In this document: positions 50,325-60,400 of the stretch, one piece after another | Position numbering within the stretch: the first letter of the stretch is position 1 | Layout of the letters: the number at the start of each line of letters is the position of its first letter | From: Longimicrobiales bacterium | GTDB taxonomy: Bacteria > Gemmatimonadota > Gemmatimonadetes > Longimicrobiales > Gaopeijiaceae | DNA: 64,000 nt | Assembly: GCA_965203485.1 (NCBI GenBank) | Contig: OZ241892.1 | Coordinates: 1,120,001-1,184,000 of the forward strand | Reading direction: 5' to 3' | Notes under the pieces: generated by a model | What the model was told of the DNA's origin: nothing | The model's input: the letters and a program-made list of their open reading frames with translations, nothing else | Databases searched by the model: none | Translations under genes and position numbers: made by a program

Positions 50325-53300
50325 TCAAACTCCTCCCTTTGCCCGCTTGGTCCGGAATCTGATCTGTCTGACGAGATCTCGGCGAAGCGACTCCTGCCGA
50401 TCTTCCAGCCCGAAGAACCTCAATACCATTTCGTCGATGGCCAAGTGCTCGTCCGTGCGGACCTCCTGGTCGACCGGAAGGGGCTCTCGTTTCCTCAGGA
50501 CGTCGAAGACGGCCCTTGCGCTGTCCGCGAAGTCGAAGGATAAATCCACCGGCAAAGCTTTCATGTCCGTCGCTTCGGCCTTGAGCAGTCCACCTCCGAG
50601 GTTCTTTCGGCCCGTGACTTCTCTGTACAACCAGACAAGAGACGAGTTCATGTATGCCCACAAGGAGTAGTGCAGATCCGATTCCCAGAGCTCAGCAGGC
50701 AAGTACAGCTCTACGGCGCTGTAGGAAAACGCTCTGCATGAATTGAAGACGCAATAGTGCTTGTTGCCTACGCCGCGCGGCATCACCAGCGCAGGTATTT
50801 TGTCTTCGGTCCGGGCCAACGACGATGGAATACGATCCGGGGCGTCGTCGGCGGCAAATGCTGCTCGTCCCGTGAGGGTCAGAATCGGCGTGTCCCGGCG
50901 GTTGCTCTGGAGCGCGTGCTTCGGAAAGTTGAGCCCTTGACCGAAGCGTGCGATGGCCTTCTTCTTCTCTGGGCGGTCATCACAGCGAGACATCCGATGT
51001 AGCGCATCTGCAAGATAATCTGGCATCGCGATTAAGTGACCCCACTTCATGTTGCTGACGGAATCGATCTCTTTCTTGACGCCGAAAGCCATTCTGGAAT
51101 CGGCAACGAGGTACTCGATGGGCTTGCCCGGCGTTCGCGAAAACAATGTGATTACGGCATTGATGTTCTGACTCCGGGTATCGGAGAAGAACTTGCCGGA
51201 CGTGTCGACGATCTTTTCGAAAGATGCTTTGTTCAAAGAGAAAATCTGAAACTTCTTGCCGTAGTCGGTGCTCAGCCATGCGTTGTGCGTGATGAAGCAA
51301 CCATGCCCGTCGGTCGCCAAGACTCGAAGCCCGCGAGCATAAAAGTAGATGAGAAGATCGCTGCCTCGCGGCAAGCTCTCGCTCCAATCCCGTCGTACCT
51401 GCTCTCCATAGGAGTCCTTCATCTCCGGCGACAGGAGGCTGTTGCGAGATTCCACGTACGGCGGATTTCCGATCACGATGTCGAAGCCGTCGCCTATGCC
51501 GAACATCCATTCCGGGTCGAACCAGCAGGCATGTTTGTTTTGATCGTAGGGGTTCCACCGTGCGATCAGTTTTGCGGCGTCCTTGCCCCAGTCGTCTTCG
51601 ATCAACGCCTCGTGGAGCAGTCGGCGGATCCGCTTGTCCTGCTTCTTCAGCTCCCACTTCTGGTCCCGCGTACGGGCGTCGAACCAGTCGGATCTGACCT
51701 GCTCCAGCTCTTCTTCCAGGTTCTTGACTCTTGTGTTGGGGAGGGTCCGTTGCGGGGGTCCGTTCAGACCGATCAACGCATCTGCCGCGACGAAGCGGGT
51801 CTCCAGGTTCGGCAAGGCCTGGATGCCGTAGTTGTCGTCGGGATCGTCGTTGGACTGCTGCTCGATCACCAACGAGATGAAGAAGCGCAGCTTGGCGATT
51901 TGGCAGGCGATGGGCTGGATGTCCACGCCGTGGATTACGTTCTGGATCAGGTACAGCTTGCGACCGTAGTCGCCGTAGTTTCGCTCCGGCGAGAAGCTTT
52001 TCTCCACGGCCGCCACGGCGTCCCGCCGGGCCACGGGGTCGGGAATATCCCGGGCGCGGGCCAATTGGCGTTTCTTCCACCGCTGGTTGTCGGGGTCGAC
52101 CTTCGCCAGAACCGACACGAGCTTCTGAAGGATGCCCATGGGGAACGCCCCCGAGCCGCAGGCGGGATCCAGGACCTTCATGGAGTCGATCGCGTCGATC
52201 AGAGGCTCGACCTCGTCGTCGCGCATCTGGCGGCCGGCTGGCGAGCCTGGATCGGCGCTCCGCGTCGCGACGAGCTTGCGGAGGCGTGCCTCGAGCCCGG
52301 AGCTGGAGCCGTCGCGGGGACGCATGTGGGCACGGAAGTGGGCGACCAGCGCCTCGTCCACCATGTAGTCCACGACGCGACGGGGCGTGTAGTAGGAGCC
52401 CGTGGCCTTGCGGGCCGTGTCGCGCGTCTCGGGGTTGTAGGAGGCCAGCAGGTTCTCGAAGGCGCGGCCCAGAAGCTCGGGGTCGAGCGCCACTTCCTCG
52501 TCCAGCGGCGTGTTCTCTTCGATGGTGAACTTGTAGCGGCGAAACAACGGGAAGAGACCGCCCTCATCGAAGAACAGCCGGGCCGGGACCGACAGCTCGC
52601 CGCCGTGGTTCGGGAGGTCGATGTTGTCGGTGAACGCGTCGATGCGACGACCGCCGCCGCGCACATGCTCGAAGTCGTCCAGGCAGTCGAACAGGCCGCC
52701 GTCCACGAACGGAACGGAGCGGAGCCGCTCCGCAAAGCGGTCGGGGTGGCGGAGCAAGTCACGATAGCGGTATCTGGTGAAGTCTCGATGCGTGCTCTTG
52801 TCCTTCTTGCTGAAGGATCGGCGGCGTATCTCCGTGTTCAACGTGGCAAAGAACAGGTTCTGCAGCACGGCGCGGTAGTAGTCGGTAGCGTCGTCCGCGT
52901 GATGCTTCAGCTGGCTCCGGGCGAAGTGATCCTCGAAGAGGGCGTCGGGCACTAGACGCTTCTCCTTGAGGAACCAGACGAACAACAAGCGGGTGATCAA
53001 GCGGATGACGTGCCGCTCCGTGTTGCCCTCGCCCACGCCGTCGTCGGGAAAGTTGCATTCCTTCGTCGCTCGCTGGAACCAAGCGAAGAGGTCCGCGTAG
53101 AAGCGGCGATTCAGCTCGCCCGTGTCGAGGACGGCTTCCCACGCTTCAAGGAGCTCGTCGAAGTTGGAGACCTTGCGTTGTTGGATCAGCTGGTCGAACG
53201 CAAGCTCCGAGAGCAGCTGAAGATGCGCGCGATGAGGATTCTCCAGGCTCACGTCCTTGATGAGCGACACGCGCTCGAGGACGTCCCTGTCGGCGTCCAA

Positions 53301-53813
53301 CTTGTGCAGCCGACGGTGAATCACGGCCATGGTGAGGTGCGGAGAGCCGTTGTCGTCTCGGTGCCGGAAGCAGACGACCGTGGGCATCGGGAAGATGTGG
53401 TTCACGGCTCGGGTGGAGGCGGTGAAGTAGGAGCGCGAGCGGCGCCCGGACTTCAAGTCGACGGCGAGGAACAGGAACGACTTCGCGATGCCGTCGTCGA
53501 AGTGGCTGGCCTGCGTCGAAGAAGTCGGCGGGCTGGGCCGGCCGTCGGTGATGTCGCTCGTCCGCGCAACCTCGTCGTTCGTGAACTGGAAGACGATGTC
53601 CATGTCTTCCCATTGCTCGAACGTGGCCAGCTGACCGGCGGCGAGCCTGTCCGCAGCCCGCACGTCCTCCAGAAAGACGTCGACAGAAGGGAAGTCGATC
53701 GTCCGGTCGCTGCGGTAGCCGAGCGTCCCGAGCAGGGCTTCGGTGCAATCCGCAAGCGATCCGTCGGCCAGATCTCGGAGCGCGTCTCGGATCGTCCTCT
53801 CCGCTTCGCTCAT
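50325..53813 (-). CDS. Eco57I/type IIG-like N6-adenine DNA methyltransferase, copy B (1162 aa; specificity region B)
   Basis: RLITRLLF.WF, GGLF, DPELLG..FENLL, TGSYYTPR, motif I LDPACGSGAF, GVDIQ, motif IV IGNPPY; start ATG 53813. Confidence 0.9.
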   Translation of the reverse strand: MSEAERTIRDALRDLADGSLADCTEALLGTLGYRSDRTIDFPSVDVFLEDVRAADRLAAGQLATFEQWEDMDIVFQFTNDEVARTSDITDGRPSPPTSSTQASHFDDGIAKSFLFLAVDLKSGRRSRSYFTASTRAVNHIFPMPTVVCFRHRDDNGSPHLTMAVIHRRLHKLDADRDVLERVSLIKDVSLENPHRAHLQLLSELAFDQLIQQRKVSNFDELLEAWEAVLDTGELNRRFYADLFAWFQRATKECNFPDDGVGEGNTERHVIRLITRLLFVWFLKEKRLVPDALFEDHFARSQLKHHADDATDYYRAVLQNLFFATLNTEIRRRSFSKKDKSTHRDFTRYRYRDLLRHPDRFAERLRSVPFVDGGLFDCLDDFEHVRGGGRRIDAFTDNIDLPNHGGELSVPARLFFDEGGLFPLFRRYKFTIEENTPLDEEVALDPELLGRAFENLLASYNPETRDTARKATGSYYTPRRVVDYMVDEALVAHFRAHMRPRDGSSSGLEARLRKLVATRSADPGSPAGRQMRDDEVEPLIDAIDSMKVLDPACGSGAFPMGILQKLVSVLAKVDPDNQRWKKRQLARARDIPDPVARRDAVAAVEKSFSPERNYGDYGRKLYLIQNVIHGVDIQPIACQIAKLRFFISLVIEQQSNDDPDDNYGIQALPNLETRFVAADALIGLNGPPQRTLPNTRVKNLEEELEQVRSDWFDARTRDQKWELKKQDKRIRRLLHEALIEDDWGKDAAKLIARWNPYDQNKHACWFDPEWMFGIGDGFDIVIGNPPYVESRNSLLSPEMKDSYGEQVRRDWSESLPRGSDLLIYFYARGLRVLATDGHGCFITHNAWLSTDYGKKFQIFSLNKASFEKIVDTSGKFFSDTRSQNINAVITLFSRTPGKPIEYLVADSRMAFGVKKEIDSVSNMKWGHLIAMPDYLADALHRMSRCDDRPEKKKAIARFGQGLNFPKHALQSNRRDTPILTLTGRAAFAADDAPDRIPSSLARTEDKIPALVMPRGVGNKHYCVFNSCRAFSYSAVELYLPAELWESDLHYSLWAYMNSSLVWLYREVTGRKNLGGGLLKAEATDMKALPVDLSFDFADSARAVFDVLRKREPLPVDQEVRTDEHLAIDEMVLRFFGLEDRQESLRRDLVRQIRFRTKRAKGGV
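51453..53813 (-). repeat. 2,361-bp direct repeat, copy B (MTase constant region)
   Basis: Near-identical to 55111-57471 at an offset of 3,658 bp; homology ends at the NPPYV codons. Confidence 0.95.
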
Positions 53814-53841
53814 TCCGGACCTGTCCCGGTTGAGGAGACGG

Positions 53842-56800
53842 TCATGCTGACGTGACGTGCCGCCCCGGACTCGGGGAGCTACGGTCCACACCGATACGTC
53901 GCTCCACTGCCGCAACTTCCTGCGCAGTGAGCTTGTAGAGACGGTACACCAGACGATCCACTCTCTCTTCGATCTCACCGATCGCCGAGTCGTCCCCGTC
54001 TTCCTTTGCTATGTCGATCAGGAGATGGGCCAACTCGACGATGGATCGTTCGTCCTCTCTACTGAGCTTCGGCACCGGGATCGCCTCTACGATGTATTTA
54101 TTCCACTGAGGACGCCCTTTACCGGTCGTCGGTGCGATGCGGTCCACGAGCCACGACACCAGGGTGCTGTTGAGAACAGCGCACAGATAGGGGAGCGACT
54201 CTCCCGACATCACGAACACCTTGTTGTTGCAGTACATCTCGTCGTCGGAATACGCAAATCGTCCGCAGTCGGCTATTTCCATCCAAAAAAGCTTTTCGTG
54301 TCCAAAGCGGGCGTGAGTTTCGTCGCTTGGGCTAGCCTGGAGCTCATACCATGCGTTTGCGCCCGACTTCCTGGACAGGGCCCCCTTATGGCGTTGAAGC
54401 CAGGCGAACACTCCGGGATACCTCTCGATTTCGGTTCCGCGGCGCACCAGTATCAGCCACCGGTCGTTGAATCGAGCGTGCCACCGCCGAATGTCTCGCC
54501 CCTGAAGTAGCGGCTTGACGATCTCGGCTACCCCCGGGTCCTCGGCCAGCAACTGCTCCCGAGTCGCGCCGTTGATTACAAAGGCCTGATTGTAGCCGGT
54601 CTTGATGCCATTGTTCATGATGACTTTCCATTCCTTCAACGGAATGCCTACTGCCTTCTTCATCTTGTCCATGACGCCTTGCTCGATCTTCGACAGCACC
54701 ACCCACGGCTCGGCGTTGCGCGGCCGGAATCGACCCCAGTGCCGATCTTCAGGCGGGAAGTCGCCAACGTTCAAGCGATCCATGTCCACCGTCATGCATG
54801 GGCCTTCGTGTTTGCCCTCGCGCAGGATCAGAATGCTCGAGTCCACGATCGCGTTCTCAAAGACGTCCTTGCCCAGCTCGACCAGCCTAAGCGGTGCATG
54901 GTTCTCGGCAAGAAGCCGTCGCGTCGCCTTGCCGTACGCAGCCCGCAGCCAGCTGTTTGACGTGATGTAGGTCAGTACGCCTTTGCGTGCGGCGAGCAAC
55001 CGGCAACCCTTCTCGTAGAAGAGCTGGTACACGTCGCCTCTTTTCGTGAACGTGCGGTAGCCGCGAGAACCGTACAGCCTCGCAAGAACGCTCCCCTGCT
55101 TCTGTAGCTGCACGTACGGCGGATTTCCGATCACGATGTCGAAGCCGTCGCGGACGCCGAACATCCACTCCGCGTCGAACCAGCAGGCGTGCTTGTTCTG
55201 ATCGTAGGGGTTCCAGCCCGCGATCAGATTGGCGGCCTTCTTGTTCCATTCGTCTTCAGTCAGCGCCTCGTGGAGCCGGCGGCGGATCCGCTTGTCCTGC
55301 TTCTTCAGCTCCCACTTCTGGTCCCGCGTACGGGCGTCGAACCAATCGGATCTGACCTGCTCCAGCTCTTCTTCCAGGTTCTTGACTCTTGTGTTGGGGA
55401 GGGTCCGTTGCGGGGGTCCGTTCAGACCGATCAACGCATCTGCCGCGACGAAGCGGGTCTCCAGGTTCGGCAAGGCCTGGATGCCGTAGTTGTCGTCGGG
55501 ATCGTCGTTGGACTGCTGCTCGATCACCAACGAGATGAAGAAGCGCAGCTTGGCGATTTGGCAGGCGATGGGCTGGATGTCCACGCCGTGGATTACGTTC
55601 TGGATCAGGTACAGCTTGCGACCGTAGTCGCCGTAGTTTCGCTCCGGCGAGAAGCTTTTCTCCACCGCTGTCACGGCGTCCCGCCGGGCCACGGGGTCGG
55701 GAATATCCCGGGCGCGGGCCAATTGGCGTTTCTTCCACCGCTGGTTGTCGGGGTCGACCTTCGCCAGAACCGACACGAGCTTCTGAAGGATGCCCATGGG
55801 GAACGCCCCCGAGCCGCAGGCGGGATCCAGGACCTTCATGGAGTCGATCGCGTCGATCAGAGGCTCGACCTCGTCGTCGCGCATCTGGCGACCGGCTGGC
55901 GAGCCTGGATCGGCGCTCCGCGTCGCGACGAGCTTGCGGAGGCGTGCCTCGAGCCCGGAGCTGGAGCCGTCGCGGGGACGCATGTGGGCACGGAAGTGGG
56001 CGACCAGCGCCTCGTCCACCATGTAGTCCACGACGCGACGGGGCGTGTAGTAGGAGCCCGTGGCCTTGCGGGCCGTGTCGCGCGTCTCGGGGTTGTAGGA
56101 GGCCAGCAGGTTCTCGAAGGCGCGGCCCAGAAGCTCGGGGTCGAGCGCCACTTCCTCGTCCAGCGGCGTGTTCTCTTCGATGGTGAACTTGTAGCGGCGA
56201 AACAACGGGAAGAGACCGCCCTCATCGAAGAACAGCCGGGCCGGGACCGACAGCTCGCCGCCGTGGTTCGGGAGGTCGATGTTGTCGGTGAACGCGTCGA
56301 TGCGACGACCGCCGCCGCGCACATGCTCGAAGTCGTCCAGGCAGTCGAACAGGCCGCCGTCCACGAACGGAACGGAGCGGAGCCGCTCCGCAAAGCGGTC
56401 GGGGTGGCGGAGCAAGTCATGATAGCGGTATCTGGTGAAGTCTCGATGCGTGCTCTTGTCCTTCTTGCTGAAGGATCGGCGGCGTATCTCCGTGTTCAAC
56501 GTGGCAAAGAACAGGTTCTGCAGCACGGCGCGGTAGTAGTCGGTAGCGTCGTCCGCGTGATGCTTCAGCTGGCTCCGGGCGAAGTGATCCTCGAAGAGGG
56601 CGTCGGGCACTAGACGCTTCTCCTTGAGGAACCAGACGAACAACAAGCGGGTGATCAAGCGGATGACGTGCCGCTCCGTGTTGCCCTCGCCCACGCCGTC
56701 GTCGGGAAAGTTGCATTCCTTCGTCGCTCGCTGGAACCAAGCGAAGAGGTCCGCGTAGAAGCGGCGATTCAGCTCGCCCGTGTCGAGGACGGCTTCCCAC

Positions 56801-57471
56801 GCTTCAAGGAGCTCGTCGAAGTTGGAGACCTTGCGTTGTTGGATCAGCCGGTCGAACGCAAGCTCCGAGAGCAGCTGAAGATGCGCGCGATGAGGATTCT
56901 CCAGGCTCACGTCCTTGATGAGCGACACGCGCTCGAGGACGTCCCTGTCGGCGTCCAACCTGTGCAGCCGACGGTGAATCACGGCCACGGTGAGGTGCGG
57001 AGAGCCGTCGTCGTCTCGGTGCCGGAAGCAGACGACCGTGGGCATCGGGAAGATGCGGTTCACGGCTCGGGTGGAGGCCGTGAAGTAGGAGCGCGAGCGG
57101 CGTCTGGACTTCAAGTCGACGGCGAGGAACAGGAACGACTTCGCGATGCCGTCGTCGAAGTGGCTGGCCTGCGTCGAAGAAGTCGGCGGGCTGGGCCGGC
57201 CGTCGGTGATGTCGCTCGTCCGCGCAACCTCGTCGTTCGTGAACTGGAAGACGATGTCCATGTCTTCCCATTGCTCGAACGTGGCCAGCTGACCGGCGGC
57301 GAGCCTGTCCGCAGCCCGCACGTCCTCCAGAAAGACGTCGACAGAAGGGAAGTCGATCGTCCGGTCGCTGCGGTAGCCGAGCGTCCCGAGCAGGGCTTCG
57401 GTGCAATCCGCAAGCGATCCGTCGGCCAGATCTCGGAGCGCGTCTCGGATCGCCGTCTCCGCTTCGCTCAC
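53842..57471 (-). CDS. Eco57I/type IIG-like N6-adenine DNA methyltransferase, copy A (1209 aa; TaqI_C-like specificity region)
   Basis: Same motifs as copy B; C-terminus has GIKTGYNQAFVI, KPLLQGRDIRRW, WYELQ, YLCAVLNS, VYRLYKLT. Confidence 0.9.
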   Translation of the reverse strand: MSEAETAIRDALRDLADGSLADCTEALLGTLGYRSDRTIDFPSVDVFLEDVRAADRLAAGQLATFEQWEDMDIVFQFTNDEVARTSDITDGRPSPPTSSTQASHFDDGIAKSFLFLAVDLKSRRRSRSYFTASTRAVNRIFPMPTVVCFRHRDDDGSPHLTVAVIHRRLHRLDADRDVLERVSLIKDVSLENPHRAHLQLLSELAFDRLIQQRKVSNFDELLEAWEAVLDTGELNRRFYADLFAWFQRATKECNFPDDGVGEGNTERHVIRLITRLLFVWFLKEKRLVPDALFEDHFARSQLKHHADDATDYYRAVLQNLFFATLNTEIRRRSFSKKDKSTHRDFTRYRYHDLLRHPDRFAERLRSVPFVDGGLFDCLDDFEHVRGGGRRIDAFTDNIDLPNHGGELSVPARLFFDEGGLFPLFRRYKFTIEENTPLDEEVALDPELLGRAFENLLASYNPETRDTARKATGSYYTPRRVVDYMVDEALVAHFRAHMRPRDGSSSGLEARLRKLVATRSADPGSPAGRQMRDDEVEPLIDAIDSMKVLDPACGSGAFPMGILQKLVSVLAKVDPDNQRWKKRQLARARDIPDPVARRDAVTAVEKSFSPERNYGDYGRKLYLIQNVIHGVDIQPIACQIAKLRFFISLVIEQQSNDDPDDNYGIQALPNLETRFVAADALIGLNGPPQRTLPNTRVKNLEEELEQVRSDWFDARTRDQKWELKKQDKRIRRRLHEALTEDEWNKKAANLIAGWNPYDQNKHACWFDAEWMFGVRDGFDIVIGNPPYVQLQKQGSVLARLYGSRGYRTFTKRGDVYQLFYEKGCRLLAARKGVLTYITSNSWLRAAYGKATRRLLAENHAPLRLVELGKDVFENAIVDSSILILREGKHEGPCMTVDMDRLNVGDFPPEDRHWGRFRPRNAEPWVVLSKIEQGVMDKMKKAVGIPLKEWKVIMNNGIKTGYNQAFVINGATREQLLAEDPGVAEIVKPLLQGRDIRRWHARFNDRWLILVRRGTEIERYPGVFAWLQRHKGALSRKSGANAWYELQASPSDETHARFGHEKLFWMEIADCGRFAYSDDEMYCNNKVFVMSGESLPYLCAVLNSTLVSWLVDRIAPTTGKGRPQWNKYIVEAIPVPKLSREDERSIVELAHLLIDIAKEDGDDSAIGEIEERVDRLVYRLYKLTAQEVAAVERRIGVDRSSPSPGRHVTSA
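55111..57471 (-). repeat. 2,361-bp direct repeat, copy A (MTase constant region)
   Basis: Near-identical to 51453-53813. Confidence 0.95.
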
Positions 57472-57481
57472 TTCCTTTCGC

Positions 57482-60400
57482 TCATTGGTTGGGATTCTCC
57501 ATGATCACGAGCCACGTCACGAGTTCGAAGTCGGCGCCGGCGGCAGGACGGCGCGACCGAGCGGCAAGAGATGTCTCCCGGCGTCCGACGAACGAGCCGA
57601 TCTCCGCTTGGCGGTATGTGCTCTCGACGCTCCGGATGCAAGCGCGGATCATTCGGTCGTACTTGGCCACGTCCCGGCCGTGACGGGTTTCTCGGTCGAA
57701 TGCGCTCGCCAGCTCCGTCAGGGCCTCCGCCCGTCCCCGAGCCAGCGCGCTGAAGAGAGTCAGCGTCTGCTTGGCCTGCTTGAAGGCGTAGCGGACGCTC
57801 CCGTCGTCGCGGACGTAGGCGAGGAAGTAGGGCTGGAGGCGGTTCGGCGTTCTCCGTTCCCCGTCTTTCTGCTTGAGACAGAAGATAGCGCCGGGACGAA
57901 CGCGCGCGGGAGCCGCTTCGCCGGATTCGCCCGCGCCTCCGCCGGGAACGGGCGGAACCACGGCTTGAATGCCGAAGGGCGCGGACTCCAACGCCTCCCG
58001 GTTCTCCTGCAGGTAGTTGAGCAGGTCCACCAGGAAGTCGTCCAGGGTGAAGTCGCTCATGGAGATGCCGTCCTCGACCTCTTCCAGGTCCAGGCTCTCC
58101 TCTCGCAGGCGGCGGAGTTGCCGGTCGCGGAAGCTCAGTTCGTGCCGAACCGCCTCCTCGGCGCCGTTGGTCTTCGGCGCCAGCGGGTCGTCGGTTCCCG
58201 TCGCCGCCGCGTCCACCAGGGCCATCCGGGCCTCGACCCGGTTCTTGAGGTCCAGATAGCGGTCCAGGTCCCCGGTCGGCCAGAAGTTGGCCATGGCGAC
58301 CTGATGGTTGCGGCTGCCGATCCGGTCGATGCGTCCGAAGCGCTGCATGAGGCGGACCGGATTCCAGTGGACGTCGTAGTTCACCACCAAGTCGCAGTCC
58401 TGCAGGTTCTGGCCCTCGGAAAGGCAGTCGGTGGCGATGAGGATGTCGATCTCCTCCGCGGGCCGGGGGATCAGCTGGGCCACGGGCGCAAAGCGCGCGA
58501 GAATGCCGGCGAAGCTCGGCGAGCCGATGGTGGCGCGGTTGTCGCCGCTTCCCGTCACCAAGCCCACGTGCACGCCGAGCTCCGCGCGCGCCCACTCCGC
58601 AACGTTGCGGTACAGATAGTGGGCCGTGTCGGAGAAGGTCGTGAAGACCAGGGCTTTGCGGTTCGCTCGCCCGTCCTTGTCGGCAGGCGCCTCCGCCACC
58701 TTGTCCGCCAGCGTCCGCTTCAGCTCGGCCAGCTTGGCGTCGCGCGCCACGTCGACACGGACGACCTGCCGCAGAATCGTCCCGAAGGAGCGTCGGTCCG
58801 CCTTCAAGTCCTCCTTCCAAGCCTGCAGGTCCAGGTCGGCAAGCCTGTACCTGCGCCCTCGGCCCAGGGTGAACTCCTCGTCCTCTTCGTCGCCTCGGTC
58901 GTCTTCGTCGTCGCTGGCCAGGAGGTTGATCTGTTGGTTGCCGGGCTTTTCTATCCAGGCGTCGATGCGCTCGTCTAGCGCGTCCATTTTCGCGACGATG
59001 CGTTCCATCGTCCGCGTGAACGAGTGCACCGAACTCTCCAGCCGCTTGAGCAAGTTGACCCGCATCATTCCGATCAGCCAGCGCTCCCGGTCCCGCTGGT
59101 CGAAGTGCAACCGCTCCTTTTCGGCGTCGAGCGCCGACGTGTCCCGCACGTACTGGGAAGGCATGTACACCGCCAGGCGAAAGTCGCTGATCCGCCCGTG
59201 CAAGGCATCGTAGGACAGCTCGCCGGCGCTGTCGGTCGGCGGATGCAGGTTCACCGGCTTGGCCCGCTCCGGGAAGCCGCCGATCCGAGTCTCGACCTCC
59301 GGGTAGAAACGCCGCACGTGGTCGCGGGAGCGCGCGATGCTGACGGCGTCCAGCAACGCCAAGAAATCGGCGCCTAGCTGTTCGAGCAGCTGGGTCTTGT
59401 CCCGATGGCCCGTGGCCTTGCAGTCGTTCTCCCACTTCTGGAACGCCTTCTGCGCCACGCCGAACAAGCTTTGGACGCTCCCTATCCCGAGGCTCTCGCG
59501 GAACGCGTCCTGGCGCTTCTCGGTCATCAGGTAGATCTGATTGCGCAGGTCGCGAAGTCCCGTGTTGACGGGCGTTGCCGAGAGCATGAGCACTTTGGTG
59601 TGGACGCCGCCCCTGAGCACTTCCTCCAACAGGCGGTTGTAGCGGCTGCGACGCACCACGCGCCCGGCCTCGTCCTTCCGGTCGCGGCCTTCGTTGCGAA
59701 AATTGTGCGACTCGTCGATCACGATCAGGTCGAAGGCGCTCCAGTTGAACTTGGCCAAGTCAATGGCGTCCGACTTGCCGTGGTACCGGCTCAAGTCGGT
59801 GTGGGCAAGCACCGTGTAGCCGAACCGGTCCTCGACCAGCGGGTTGTTGTCGTAGCCCGCCCACGAGGTGTAGCGGACCCAGTTCTCCTTCAGCTTCTTG
59901 GGACAGAGCACCAGCACGCGCTCGTTGCGCATCTCGAAGAACTTGGCGACTGCCAGGGCGGTCCACGTCTTCCCCAGCCCGACGCTGTCCGCGAGGATGC
60001 ATCCGTTGTGATCGAGCAGCCGGTTGATCGCGCTCACGGCGCCGTCCCTCTGAAACCGGTAGAGCGCCTGCCAAACGGCGGTGTCGTGCAGCTGAACGTC
60101 CTGCACGAGGCCGTCCCGTTGTCCGCGTTCGTCGATCCGGTCCTTCAGGACGTGAAAGAGCGTCTTGTAGTAGAGGAACTCGGGCGAATAGTCCTTGCCC
60201 AAGCGCTCCAGCGCCGCCAGCACCTGCTCCTTCGCGTCGCGGGTAAGCTGCTCGTCGCACCAGAGAGCGTCGAACCATTCGAGCAGCCGGGCCCGGTCGG
60301 CGCCGTCGCGGACTTCGATGTTGAGCTCGATGTTGGGGTTGGCGCCGAAGCCCAGGCCGCCCCGAGTGAAGTTGGAGCTGCCCGCAAGGGCGGCGGTGTC

